Under the pieces are notes generated by a model, which saw only the letters and a list, made by a program, of their open reading frames with translations, was not told where the DNA came from and did no database searches. A stretch of 64,000 nt of DNA from Antedon mediterranea (lineage: Eukaryota; Animalia; Echinodermata). A program made the translations under genes and the position numbers. Shown here in pieces: positions 35,054 to 49,591 of the stretch. The stretch spans positions 19,068,912 through 19,132,911 of the forward strand of contig NC_092675.1 in the NCBI RefSeq assembly GCF_964355755.1, read 5' to 3'. Positions within the stretch are counted from its first letter, which is position 1; each line of letters opens with the position of its first letter.

Positions 35054-38000
35054 ATGAAAAAGATGGCAGACTTGCAGCAATATGAAAAGGTTCAAATCTT
35101 ATGTTCTTGCGGTATTCGTTCACCTATCACAAAACTTTACTTCTGCAAACATTGTATGAAACTAAGATGCAAACGATGTGTATCGCACGAGGTACTGTAT
35201 TTCATTATTTTATTAATGTACAGCGAGTATGCATCCGATTCTTGCTAGACTAGCCAGCCGTTACTTTTTTTAGCCAGTTTGTGACTGCTGAGTCAAGTGA
35301 GCCGGCAGCAGCAGCAGGAGCACAGGACAGTGAGGGTGGAACCGGTTGTGGGCGTGGCAATTTTCCACTGCTCTTCTCTGTCTGTGTTGTCTGCTCTAGC
35401 AGGTCATAGAATAATTCATCACTATATAATATAGGCCTAAATCTGAAATAAATTAGACAAAGACCAAGCTAATTTTTTTAATAAAATAAACTTTGTGTAG
35501 CCTAACTAGAGGCTAGGCCTACTACTAGCCTTAGTTAGGTAGGCTAGGCCTAGTATAGTATTAGTACACTACTATCCTGGCTATGTAGGCCTAGCCTACT
35601 GACACTATCTGTATTTATTTTCAGCATTACACTATTTTATTTTATTTTTTAGGGCTAGAGTAAATGTCAAATTATTTTGTGGCATTTTTCCAATCATAAT
35701 TTAAAAAATTTAATAATAAATATAGGCTATAATTTAGTATAATTATTATTTTTCATTTACATTTTTGACAATGATAAAGAGATGAGTAAAAAAAAATTAA
35801 AGACACCTTCCCTACAATTTGTGACGTTTTGTAAAAATAATACATATATATTACTTTAAAAACATTAAACCAGGTCATTCCTTGTCTTAAATGTACGTTT
35901 TATGGTAAATTATAATAAAAAGTGAGAAACAATGCACTACCCAAGTAGCTCGCGGTGACTGACCTCTCGTGGTCTCTAGGCTTAGTTTTGTAGGCCTAAC
36001 TGGTAAACATCGGTAACGTACGAACATCGTACGCTAGCTATATACCTAGCCTGACGTTGTATAGTTGCTGCATTAATTGTCTTTCTATTTTTGCCAGACT
36101 CCGTTAATACAAATTGGGGAAAACCCGGTATTTTCGCTGAAAAGTTAGGAGTCTTCCATTTATTTTGGCCTCACGATCAATCGAAAAGTGGGTGAATTAC
36201 AGAAGAAAAACGTAAAAGTTATAAGCTGCTTCTATATGGTAAGCATATGAGTAGGTCTGGTTATAAAGACACTGTACAAATTGTTTCTGATTTCTTTCAG
36301 GTCGATTCTCATTTTTGCCCAAATTGTCTTGAGAACATGCCATCTGCAGAGGCGAAGTTGAAGAAGAATAGGTTTGTTATATTCATAACTTTATATATTA
36401 ATATTAGATAGTTTATTTAATTTTTGGAACAGCCATCAAGCCAACATCGGGTACAACTCCAAACCTAGAACTAATAAATGATCTGTGAATAAATACAATG
36501 ATACACCTGGTGGCTACCAATTCCACTGACTTTTGGTGTACATACCTGATTACCACCTACAGGTAATTAGGATGTGCTGATGCTCATCAGCCCAAAAAAT
36601 TGTAGGCCTATATTAAAATAATACACCTAAATAAACTTTGGATTTGCATATATACCACCTAATTAGGATGTACTGATGCTCTTGGAAATATTTGCCCAAA
36701 AAATTGTAGGCCTATATTAAAATAATACATCTAAATTAACTTTGGATTTGCATATATTTACCATACCAGGTGCGCAAACTGCTTCGATTGTCCAAGCTGT
36801 TCTCATACACTGTCAACACGAGCGACCAGCGTTGCACAACCTGATGTTGAGGATCAAAAGAAGAGTACCACGAGAAAAGTATACTACTTGGCGTGTGGAT
36901 TCTGCCGATGGAGCTCTCGAGATATTGGAATGAAAGATAAGCAAGCAGGTAATATATGTTATAATTTTGATTTAATGTACAAAAACAAAGATTTGTAAAC
37001 TAAACTCATGTCATTTTCTTTATCTAATTAGCTAGTGGGCAGTGGGATGAAAAGGAGAATGCAAACACCACAAGGGTAAGTATTGTATAGTGCTTTTTTA
37101 GCTTGTTGATACTCGGCTACCAATCCCAGGATCCTGGGTTCAAATCCTGTCAGACGCCAATAAAGACTTTTGTAGAGCATCATGTGTATTAATGTTTGTT
37201 TTGTGAACAGGGTTGCCACCTTTAAGAATGAACTCACTTATGGCTACCCTTGCTATGTGCTCAGCTACCCTTGCTATGTGCTCAGCTACCCTTGCTATGT
37301 GCTCAGCTACCCTTGCTATGTGCTCAGCTACCCTAGCTATGTGCTCAGCTACCCTTGCTATGTGCTCAGCTACCCTTGCTATGTGCTCAGCTACCCTTGC
37401 AATGTGCTCAGCTACACTTGCTATGTGCTCAGCTACCCTAGCTATGTGCTCAGCTACCCTTGCTATGTGCTCAGCTACCCTTGCTATGTGCTCAGCTACC
37501 CTTGCAATGTGCTCAGCTACACTTGCTATGTGCTCAGCTACCCTTGCTATGTGCTCAGCTACCCTTGCTATGTGCTCAGCTACCCTTGCTATGTGCTCAG
37601 CTACCCTTGCTATGTGCTCAGCTACCCTTGCAATGTGCTCAGCTACCCTTGCTATGTGCTCAGCTACCCTTGCTATGTGCTCAGCTACCCTTGCTATGTG
37701 CTCAGCTACCCTTGCTATGTGCTTAAATGAAAATACAATAGAACAACAGCTAAACAATTATGTATACCATTCTCCCAATAATGAGCATTAGTATGAATTT
37801 TATTATTTATCAATATTTTATTTTTTTTTGTACCTATTTTGGATAATAATAATTAATATTTCCTCATCAGATTTCTGACCTGTTGGAATACTACAGACAG
37901 CTGTCTATCCGTGAAAAACAAGAACGTGAACGAAAAAGATTTACACGGCGACGTACTTATTTTAGTATGCCAGACAAGTCAGCAAGCAGTCGTACATCTC

Positions 38001-41000
38001 GTAGGAGTAGTGCTTTAATGAGTGCACTTGCTTCGTAAGTAACTAACAATGTAGCTATAACATTCATAAAATTATCTGCTACAGTAGAGGTCCTATTAAC
38101 AGGACACCTTCTGGACCCAACATGTGTCCCCTGAATAGGGTTGATAATAGTGTTAAAACATATATTTCCCCTAATAAGTGTCTCCTTAAAGCCTGGTTTC
38201 CATAAAATTGCTACACCGTGTCGCCAACTGCTGTCGCCGACAGAGCGTAGCGATTCTATGGAAACGCTAGAATTTATCGGGGATCTAGTACGCGAGCGCT
38301 AAAGATTCTTTGGTACACTCGTATACGATTCATCGCCGACAAAATCGGCAAGGTTGAACATGGTTGAACTTTGCCGATTTGTCTGCGATGAATCGGGGAG
38401 ACCTCTCCGATGCGCGTCGGCGACATCTGCGCGTGTAGCGATTTCAATGGAAACGGTGTAGCGATTTTATGGAAACCAGGCTTAATAGGAGTGTCCCAAA
38501 GGAGGGGTTTTACTGTATCCTAGATTTAATTTGTAGTAACAATACTAGATTAGAATAACTTACAAAACTTATTTTTTTAGGCTTAAAACAATTGAAAACA
38601 ATGAAAAAGAGATAGCAGTTGAAGAAGTCGAGGCATCAGAAGAAGTTGAACCTTTACCTGCTAAATTTTACACTCAAGCAGTCGTTCTTGAAAAAGGTAA
38701 TCGCATTTCACAAGCAAAATTATTAATATTGTTTTGCCTCATTAACAATTGTACATTATATATTGACACAATTATATTGTACTTTTGTCTGATATATACC
38801 GTAGTTCCTCGGGTATAATCCCACCTCGGGTATAATCCCACCTCCGACTTTACGATTACCTTCGCACGCAAGCATATCCCCGGGCAAAGTCCCAGTGTAT
38901 AATTTAACATTAGGCCAGAGGTGGACCTAGGCCTACTGTAGCTAGCTAGGCCGACGTCAATGTCTCACCATAAAAATAGAGTAATTTCTCTGAATTTGGC
39001 TGACTTAAAACTCATCAAACATTGTTAAGTTGAATACAACCTTAAGGCTAGCATGCTCCGATCGTCACGTTCTGTACATCCTTTCGCCGTCGTGTACATT
39101 CTTTCTTGTTTACACTACTGTGCATGCTTGATTACCGTAAAAAAAACACCGCCCTCTATACCAACCGGCTTGTGCAGTAGAGTTTGTGTCACATGCAACA
39201 ACATGCGATTTACACAGAGAGCTCGAGCGTGTGGGTGAACGTGGAGAACTCGTATGATCGAGTTCATGTCGATTTAGGAAGCTAGACCTAGATCACATTT
39301 TAGGGTATTTTTTAAGTAGAAATCTCGGGGAAAATCTATACGGTAGGCATAGCACAGGTAAGACCAATTAGGCCGCCTAGGCCTAGATGGCCTGGCCGTC
39401 TAGTTGCTAGGCCTACATCGGAATACTGTATAGCTTTTAGATAGCAAAATCGTAGACAGAAGAAATATCGTCATTTTCAGTTCATGCAGCGGGAAATCCC
39501 CGGGTATAGTCCCACCTCCCAAATTCGGGCAAATTTCACGTACAAGGGGGGTAGGATTATACCCGGGGAACTACGGTAATGCCTTTTTAACGTTTTATGC
39601 TCTGTATTTGTGAAGGATACTGCTTCTTCTAAATAAAACTACATAGTTTATGGATAGGTAAATAAATAGATGATTAAAATTTTAAAATTTGTTTTTATAG
39701 TGGCAGCCATTGAACAGCGTCATATGCAACCAGAGTTTAGTTGCTCAAACATCAATGAACTGTTTCCACGCCACAAACATCTTCTAATTAAAAGGTCACA
39801 GAGATGCCGGGTATGTTTCTTCTTCTTAATTTATTAATAATATTAATGTACAGTAAATATAATTACACACTGCATTGCATGAATTCCTATTGTGTGATAT
39901 GAACCCTCATGATTATACAGTGAACCCCTAATATGAAGACACCACCAGGACCCAATAAAGTGTCCCTTAATAGAGGTGTGTCCCCAGAATAGGGGTGTAT
40001 CCCCTGAATAGGGGTGTATCCCCTGAATAGGTTGGTTGGTTTGTAGCTTCAAAACCTGTGTTTCCCTAATCAGGATGTCCCAAAAGATATGTTTGATGTC
40101 TATCTTTTGTATATAAATAAACATTATGCAAATTATACAAAACTTTTTGACGCTTGCAATTTACAGGAGGCATTTATTATCACGTTAATATTTTATTTTG
40201 ATTTTAGGAATGTGAACACAACCTAAGTAAACCAGAGTTCAATCCCTCTTCCATTAAGTTTAAATTACAGTTAATTGCTCTGTAAGTATAATTCCCTTTT
40301 CTTGTAGTCACTCAGTGAATACTTTCTCCAGTTTAGCATAGCAAAAAGCTCTTCAAAACAACCTTATTGCTACACAATTTTATAAATGTGTAGCAAAAAT
40401 GGTCAATACAAAAACTATGTTTCTGGACTAAAAAATCAGTTTGATTAGCAATATTGCTAAACAACATTTTTAAATGAAATTTTTCCCTGTCACTGTATGT
40501 AAAATAAAATAATAAATGAAGAATTGCTGAATATATATATAAGAATATTTCTGCCGTACCATGCCAAGGGTGGTAAATCAAATTTGAATAATACCATGCT
40601 AGTCTCAGTGGTCTAATGTTTGACATCTGCAAATCAGGCAGAAGATTCTGAGTTTGAATCTCAGTTGGAGTGGCTTTTTCTCATTCCCACTGATTTATTC
40701 TTTATCATTTTTAAATTAATTAATTAAATTATTTAATCACAGTTTAGAATTAAAATTTAAAATACATGTTGGCCAAGAATCATTTTAAATTTTTAATCAA
40801 TGTTGTCTACACACAAACAGGATACTAGTAAATATAAGAAAAGTATATAAAAGTAGACAGGCTTAAGGCCAGTAGATTAACACTATTACACTAATATTTT
40901 ATTCAGACATTATTTACCTGATGTTCGCATATTTCTTGTGCCCAATCTACAATTTGAGCGCGAGAGTCATGTGACACTATTGTTTGTGAATCCAATGGAG

Positions 41001-42628
41001 TACACGACTAACATCAAGTTAGAAGCAATTGAGCCTGAAAACAGCCCATTAGCCAACTCTAAGGTGAGATTGTTCATCATTCATGGTCAGCTTCTAGGTA
41101 GCTAAACTTTATGCTTTTGGCTTCCTGTTAATGAATATACAGTATAACTTTCAAAGCTTTAAGCACTGTCTACACTATCAAACTAGTTTGACAAAAAAAA
41201 TGTGATGTGGCCATTTTTGGCATATCACTACCATATTTGGGCACATCACACTTTTTTGTAAACTAGTTTGATAGTGTAGACAGAGCTTAAAGCTCTGTCT
41301 ACACTATCAATTTTATTTGAAATTAAAAATGTGCCCATATATGGACATGACAATGTCATATCATTACCATATTTGGGCACATCACACTTTTTTTTGTCAA
41401 ACTAGTTTGATAATGTAGACAGAGCTTAACTGACTGTTTTTATTGTTTAGATTGTTGTTCCTGAGGAGGAGCTCATTTTGGCTGCTAAAGATGATACAGC
41501 AGAGTTTGATGACCAACCACAAGATGGAACACAATTTGAAGATAAACCAGAGTAAGTTGGTCTATACATAGGTCTATCCACAAAATATTCATGTATCCTT
41601 TAATTGAATTTTTAAATGATTTTGCACTAAAGTTCTTATAGTCAACTAAATTATCTGTATGTTTCTGTGAATTTACAATTCTATTATATCGTTAATATAT
41701 AATTTTCCTCTTCAATAAGGCGTGGTTCCCACTAGAGACACAACGGAAGGACGTACGCACAACGCAAGTTAGTTGACCAATGACAATCCACTGTTAGAAT
41801 AATCAATCGCTTGTGATTGGTCAAAATCACTTGCGTAGCGTTACGCCCTTGAGTTGTGTCACTATTGGGAACCAAACTTTAAAGACCAATTATGGTTTTG
41901 TAGTTGACTTATTTGTATCTTTAATGAAACTCATGAAAGCTTTAAGGCACATGAAGATCTTGTAGTTAGAGGGAAGACACTTTTATCATCTACATTTCTT
42001 TTTCAGGATTGTGCAGTTTCGTCGTGCTCACAAGCTGGGTATTCTAGTTAAAGTGACACCTCTTACGTCTACTAATGATGTAATAGTAAGTACGACGTTG
42101 TGTACTAACATGTTAAGAAGATTTACTAGCTACAGTATCAACAGTCTGCATTAACAGTGACTAAATGCTAAACTCAATACAGTGGATGTAATTTTTGTGT
42201 GATATATGATGACTGTATTGATCGATCTTATACCTGCATCTGTACTAACCAAACAAAAAAACCAAACCAAAAATATTATAATATAAATATTAATTACTGA
42301 TGTAATCTGTGGTCTCATATACAGGTATATACAAATCTTGTTTCTTGAGACAATTTTTAAATTGTATGTATTTCAAATTAATTAATATTCAGTTTATCAC
42401 CAGGTGGTTTAGAATTTATTCTGTGCTTGTTAATTGATATATAAAAATGAAATATGATATTGCCATAAATCATGTTTGAATGGTATTTGTATTTCATAGG
42501 TGTCTTTCATATTGAGATATGTCTTCAAGAATATTTCCACTCCATTGCGTAATACTGAAGAGAAGCTGCCTGAAATCTCCTGGCTACAAAATGAAGTTAC
42601 AATCAATCTAGGTACGCTCAGTCAATAA
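35054..42628 (+). CDS. DCTN4: Dynactin subunit 4 (p62); exons 35054(or 35063)-35191, 36301-36371, 36770-36948, 37032-37075, 37871-38034, 38581-38696, 39701-39810, 40208-40281, 40907-41063, 41451-41551, 42007-42085, 42500-42628
   Basis: [93 protein letters not shown]; introns in phase. Confidence 0.95.
37243..37723. repeat. 21-bp minisatellite (~23 units, GCTACCCTTGCTATGTGCTCA) in DCTN4 intron 4
   Basis: Direct tandem units between spliced exons. Confidence 0.97.
38082..38515. mobile_element. Tc1/pogo-like MITE (CAGTA...TACTG, TA flanks) with a nested Harbinger-like MITE at 38190-38482
   Basis: Inner TIR AGCCTGGTTTCCATAAAAT(T/C)GCTACACCG with TAA duplicated; outer element related to fragments near 31130 and 39918. 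Confidence 0.75.
38799..39576. mobile_element. pogo/Tc1-like non-autonomous element
   Basis: TIR CCGTAGTTCC(T/C)CGGGTATAATCC(C/T)ACC with TA on both sides. Confidence 0.8.
41162..41426. mobile_element. Two adjacent Harbinger-like MITEs (41162-41287 and 41291-41426) separated by TAA
   Basis: Same TIR family as 4575-4732. Confidence 0.85.
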
Positions 42629-44989
42629 TAGCATTTCATATGGACATTTTAAATTTGATTTTTTAAATGTTATCATTTTCTATGTTCCAAATACCAAGAA
42701 AACCAGTATCTGTATTTGATTGATAATTATCATATTGTCAATAAAACCTTGGTCGTACATTGGAAATTCAATAGACGGTCTGCAGCCATGTAATTTAAGA
42801 AATACCACCATACATACACAATATCAGGCCAGGATAGTCATTATGGTGCACATGGAGAGAAACCTAAAAGGAAATAATGATTTTCCTAAATGAATCTGTA
42901 AAAGTAATCATGTATATAAAGTGTCATTTCAATCCATTGTATGGCTGAAGAGCCATGCATTATTATATGTAAAAAGTACACAATTACACTAGTAGTATAG
43001 TATCATATTATATCCGATTATATTGGTGCAATATTTTGAAGACATTGAGTCAGTCCGGAATAATGGCTGACAATGTTTGTTATTTAATTTTGGTTCACTT
43101 TTACTTCATGTTTGTATTTATTTTTAGATGCTCCTTGGTGGGGTATTTTTTATTCAGTTAACCAAGTAGTGTTCTTGCTAGAATCTAGAGCTAAGGTGAT
43201 CCAAACCAGACCCTTTTCATAGTAAATTGTATCGTAATCAATGTAGTCAAAGTTATGTGATTCTCTTTATTGGTGCTTCACCTTCCTATGAGTATGTTCA
43301 GATCCATGGAGTTATGCTTTCATATCTCAAGCAATGTCATATTATAATTAATGTAGTAACAGTAAAGTATTCAGATTTGCCTACCTAACGCTTTGGTTAC
43401 AAGCTGAATTGTCACCGATTTGTGTGAACATCTGGTATGCAGGAGTAAATTTGATTGGTTAGAGGTCAAAATCGTTGATGCATGACTTTCGTATCGTAAG
43501 CGGAGTTCACTAATCCTGTACTTTGAGCTGTCGTAACAAACAAAAGATCAGTGTAGTACAAGGTGGCTTCCACTAACCTTTTCCTGGTTCAGACATATGG
43601 AGTTGTACGCTGCGTACAATACGAAAGCATAACTCCGTAGGTCTGAACAGGCCCTTAGTCTTGTGTTCAGTTTTGTTGTTCGATTTGATTTGTTGGGAAA
43701 GACCTCTCTAATCAGTGCTCTGTGATATCCATCCTGTAATTGCTGTTAGACTACAATTGTTTGCTGATTTTAAGATTATGTTTTTAATTAACCATTTTGT
43801 TGATTGTTGCCAATTTATGAAATAGATACATACATACATTATGTATTCCATAAAATATCTGTTTAAAATCATAATTGTAATGCAACGCTTTGAAGTATGC
43901 TTTGCTTATACTCCTAGTCTCCTGGGTTTGATTCCTGTTCAAGTACTAGGATTTTTCTCTTTGCCAAAATATAAGTTTAGTTCACATTCTCAAACTCGCT
44001 ATTAGATGTGTGATGAAAATATAGTTGTATAAATAAATAAATTAAATATAATAAATACACAAAAACCTTATCATTATTTTTTTCATTCATTTATTAATAT
44101 CTCTGTTTTAATATTATATTATGCAAATAAGGCAATTTGATTATTTAAAATAATTTTTTTTGCTAATTTTGTAAAATGGAATGCATTGTCAATAACCAAT
44201 TTGTAGTTGGATAGTCAATGTTTACGTCGTGCATATTCAATAAATTAAATTAAAATAATGAATTTCTGCATCACCTACCGAAGAAATCAAACTAAAAAAC
44301 CCTTTTATACGGAAATTGTATGTTCAATTCTCGCGATACTTTTAAAACTGCAAAATAGGGCTAATCTTGATACAATTATGAGTTTAAAGGGGGATTGTTT
44401 TTACGATACTGTAAATGTGGTAAAAGTAGAAAATTATGTTATGAGTCAAAAAAAGTTCCCTGTGCAATTCCTGCTTATGCAGACCACTGAGGCTTCCGTG
44501 GTATGGATTCAAGCAATCAGGTACTGACAGCACTATTATTGGCTTATGTATTCCGCCCACAAATTATTATTATTATTTTGCGCATTATACTGACTCGCTA
44601 CACTACTATATTGAACAGAGAATTCAATAACATAGGAAGAACAGTAATAATGATTATTAACACTACTGGCAAGATCTGTGTACATGGCAAGCTGTGTAAA
44701 ATATACATTATAATTGTAAAATATTTTATATCTATTTACATAATATAAATAACTTTTTACCGAAATAAAATTATGAATATAAAAATCTCTCTTATACCAA
44801 TCTTTACATAATGTAAGATGTAATGGTATTTCACTCTTTCCTTGTAATACTAAGCGCGAAATTATTGTTAGGCCTATATGGACATACTGTATTAGTAACC
44901 GTGACAGATTTAAGTTGAACTAACTCGAAATATGCCGAAAAAGCGATGAATGTCAAATTCACTTCTTGGGTTAATCTTTCCATAAATTA

Positions 44990-47512
44990 TTAACGTAAAA
45001 CATTATACAAAATGGCAGAAAATGCAAGTGTAAGCAAACTTAGTGTAGGACCCAGATTTGAAGCAGTGTTTCCTACGTTACATCCATTGGTACGGCAGCA
45101 GAAGTTACAAACTGATGTAGTGATGCCGAGACCAGTGTGTTTACAGTATCCATCAACACAGTTACTGGAACAATCACGAACGAATTCAACGAGAACACCA
45201 GCAGCTTTCGTCTGTGTTATCTAACCATTGAAATTAAAAATGGTCTGTAAGTATACAGTCTGTTCGATAGTGACTGGAACGAATGAAATTAAAATGGGCT
45301 GTTTGAGAAAAAGGATGCCTTGGTGAAAGAAGTTTTCTGTTTCAAGTGTATCAAATACCGATAACAATGCTTTTGGAATATAAATGGTAGATGAACTTTA
45401 GTACAGTTTGTACTGTCACAGTAGTGAACACGCGGGGTGCATCTTCACATTTATTCGTCTCATTCAAACACAAAAGCATAAATTATGATAAAGAAAAACA
45501 AGACACAAATCTAAAAAGTGAACCTAATCAACTATCAAATATGTGTGATGATACAAGGCCCGATCAATATAATTTATTTTACTTACAGCGCAGGAATGTT
45601 CAAATGATTGGCAGAGCCTTGGTGTAAATGTTCTGTTGGGATTGTCTAAACAGTCGGTACCTAACGGTTTAGATTTGTAATATTTAGCGGTACAGTCATA
45701 ACATCGTAGCGATCGTCCTGCAAAAAAACAAATTATTATTACTAGACTTCATTCATTGTACGTTTATTTCTATACGAATAATTATTATATTTCTAAACTT
45801 AAAGAAGAAATGCTGAAATCGTAAAAACTAATCAGGAGTCAGACCAAGTGGCGTAACGGCTATGAACGTTCACTGGTCAAGACCAGGGGCCCGGAGCATT
45901 GCCCAGAGGGATTAAAATATAACGAAAAGACCCCTAGCGTTAAGATCCCTAATCCAGGAGCTCCAGGCCTCTGTGTTACGCCACTGCTCAGACCATTGGA
46001 CTTCAGTAAGTTTTTAACCTTTACATATTTGTTACCGTTAATTCTTTCAACACAAATTGCATGTACCATCCATATACCCACATCCAATATCACTAACGCC
46101 TATTATATAAATATAAGTCTACTTACAGTTCTATTTTTACCTAACGTGTTTAATTAATTATAACTTATTACCCAATGATTGAATACTGATCGTTTCTGTT
46201 AGAAACAGTCGTAAATATTGAACAAGGATCATGCAATAGTGTGTGTATTGTTGTATTGTATAATATATAATTAAGATTTATCTGGACATTTAAAATGCAG
46301 AGTTTTTCACAAATACAAAATTCGAAATATTGTTTCACACAATAAGTAAGAATAGTGAAGGCTTACTGCGTTACATTAAAAGACATTAGAAAACATAATT
46401 AAATAATTATTATCATTGCATATTCTATAATATGGTACAATTGGGAAAAATACATATTTTAAAAAAGCTTTACAATCTTATAGAGGTATACATTGTTTGT
46501 ATTATTTAAGGATCAAAATATTTCTTACATCCACTCAAATTATTTTGTTCAGGTTGCGTCAACAAGTGTTAAAATCAACAACCTTATATCGTTCTAATAA
46601 GCTCGAGTCACATTGAAAGAAAGGAGTATTTCCAATTTCGCAAAATAATAAATGCTATTTTGAGTTTTGTGCAATATGAGTTTGTTTGAATTACCCATGT
46701 CCTTGGAAAAACATACATTGCAATATATATATATTATAGTTTTCCAGTAGGCCTATTTAGAGAGATATTAAATGCAGGTATTTTTTGAAACGTATATAAA
46801 GCCAAGACTGTAATGACAAATCGTTTTATACATTATACTATACTGTCTACCTATGAATAATTTTGCTATAAGATGTTTCAAAAGAAGATATCAATTTATT
46901 TCGCAATGTTATCAATTTCTACTTAATATCTCATAAACCGCATGTTATTGTGATGGTTCTTTTACTGTTTGTATTCATACAATAATGTTGTCTGCATTTA
47001 TTTGCTCAAATTGAATAAGACCTACTACAATAAAACAATAAAGAATCATCTTTACAAAATTGTAGGCCGCAGGCCTGTGACATTATAATTATTATATCGT
47101 TAAGTTAGTCTATACTTATGATAATAATAAATACAATGTCAGTCAATAAAAAAAAACACAATCGTGTCTAAAAGTTTAAGTACAGAACGTTATATGTGAA
47201 TACAAATCTTAAGCCTACATTTTCTAGATAATAGGCCTAAAGACCCAGTGAAAAGGTCACTAACAGCATAGTTACCAAGTAGATAACAAAATATTGCACT
47301 TTTTTCAACTAAGAAACACTAAATGTAATAGGTCTCGTATTGCCTATTCCCGACCAAAACAGATAATTATTTCTCTCGTTTGACAACGAAATAAACCACC
47401 ACATATACATGATATATAACAGCATGAATACAGCATACTCATACAGTTACTTACCTAGTCTTGTTAATTGAAGAAATGCTAAAAGAAACAAAGTATTTAG
47501 AAATATACGCAT
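44990..47512 (-). CDS. GPI-anchored Ly6/uPAR (three-finger) protein, 139 aa; exons 47512-47455, 45717-45587, 45220-44990
   Basis: Signal peptide MRIFLNTLFLLAFLQLTRLG; LRCYDC start; CCRTNGCN end motif; 12 Cys; hydrophobic C-terminus TLSLLTLAFSAILYNVLR; intron phases 1 and 0 match. Confidence 0.9.
45846..45986. mobile_element. hAT-type MITE in the Ly6 gene intron
   Basis: TIR (A/C)AGTGGCGTAAC; 8-bp flanks GTCAGACC and CTCAGACC (7/8 identical). Confidence 0.75.
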
Positions 47513-49591
47513 CGCCTGATTCTCTTGAAACACGACAAATCAGATCATTGCCAATGAACCAACTGTTGTTGTGCGACAAAAACTTATTATAGGCTATATT
47601 TATCCAATAGCCTGGCTATGGTTAAGGAACTATATCGTTAATGGTGTAAAAAGTATGCCTATAGGAGTGAAAACGTGCAATCATTCAGGCGACATCAAGT
47701 AGAAATGGATAATCAATAACTACATGTAATGGCAAATTAATTTCTCTGTTTGTATTTGTTATTCCGTTGAATAACTCTAATATTCTCTTTAAAGCCAACA
47801 TGCGTAAACATTGAAGAAATATGGATAAACATATTTTACAAATTAAATTTATTTTTACATTATATAGATGTTATGCTATTGCAGAAATTTGTCCCAGGTT
47901 ATTGGCATTTCAAGCTGTATATTTTTAATTTCAAAGGAGTTTCTGAAATCTGTCCTACCCCAGAACACACCACAGACGGAACATACCGTAATTGCGCCTT
48001 TTTGTACCAAAACCCGCAAACTTTTATAATAATAATATTGATTGTTTTACATAATAACGTCTAATAGCCTTGTAGTATTAAAACCCGCAAACATATAATA
48101 ATAATATGAGTCTTATATAGCGTCTAATACAACGTTTCTAAGCGCTTTACACACAAATGAATATGATTCCTAAAATATCCTAAGATAACCCGAAAACTAA
48201 GAGAAAAGCAGGTGAACCTCCGCTCCATCTTTCAGAACTTTGAATCTCCTATATCAGAGCTCGCCGTTATCCTTTTAACAGATTGAGCTTGCAGTTGAAA
48301 TATTTTCGTTTTCTGGTCTCACAAAGAACCACACCTCAATGTGCCTTATTCAGACTAGCTTTGGATGATGTGCTATTTTGATACGTTTGGTATTATACAA
48401 ATAATGAACGACCGTTCAATGCGTACTATTGCACGCCATGTGACCCACAATCGTCCAATCAAATGACAGGAATTTATATAGATGTTATAAAGTGTATTAT
48501 TTGGTAATTTATTAGCGCGGTGGTTTGGACATTTGTTTTGTAGAGAACAGACATTTATCATTTTTGTTTAATGTTGAGAATTGAATGGAGTTATTATTGG
48601 TTAAAAGACGGGCATGTGAGAGGGTAGGCAATATAATTGGAGTGAGAAACTGTAAATCGTTGAAATTAATTTACAAAATCGATAACTCATGTTTCTTTTT
48701 ATTGTTATAGGCCTATGTTTACAATATAAGAATATAAAAATATTCTTGAACATTTTGACGATAGAAAGACGATTATATAAACGGTCAGGACAACCAATTT
48801 TAAATTGATAATTATTAATTAAAAGTATCGTCACCTATATGTATTTGTCGCACACAACTGAGCATTTCGACTGCAACGTTGCCTTTCTCTGTATCTTCAA
48901 ACCATCAATTAGCATTGTTTTTCTAATAAAGTATTGATTATTAATAAGAACGATAATAGCCTGCAAAGTTAAGACGTACTATAATTAGATCATTCTGCTA
49001 TTTGCGCGTACTTTTCGACAACAATTTTCTTGGCGCGCCTGCGCAGAATATCTTCTTGATATGGTGTGTATGTCTTTGAAATGTTTGTCTCAACATAACT
49101 ACAGCATACAGTATATCACATACCTTCTGTCAGGTATATTACATTTTATTTATCTTAAATCAAATATCTTTTTTAAGGCCTACAGTTGGTAGGGAAAACA
49201 AACTACAAATACAAACAACTTATTTATTTCAATAAAATACACACTAACTTGGTTAATACTGTGGGTTTACTGTATATCTAATCTTATATAATACGACTAA
49301 GAAATTGAATATTTAGTGCACAATATATAATACAGGCTTTATTTTATATGCAAGATATGACTAAAATTAAACTTTTAAAAATTGTAAAATCAAAAGACGT
49401 CTAAGACGAACAAATACTACATTTAAGACCTACTTATCAGCACTATAAGTACTATAATGCTCATTTTAACAAACCGTCGTTGGATATATACATATGGCAT
49501 CTCGTTTTAAATCAACCTCCTCCTCACTCACTCATTTGCATTTTACGTATATTTTATTATTTTAAAATATATAAATTGTACGTTTCACTAT

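Noticed and set aside
37140-37791. Repeat proteins (HIARVAE)n, (ATLAMCS)n, (YPCYVLS)n
   Set aside because: Stop-free frames of an intronic 21-bp minisatellite; DCTN4 splices cleanly around it.
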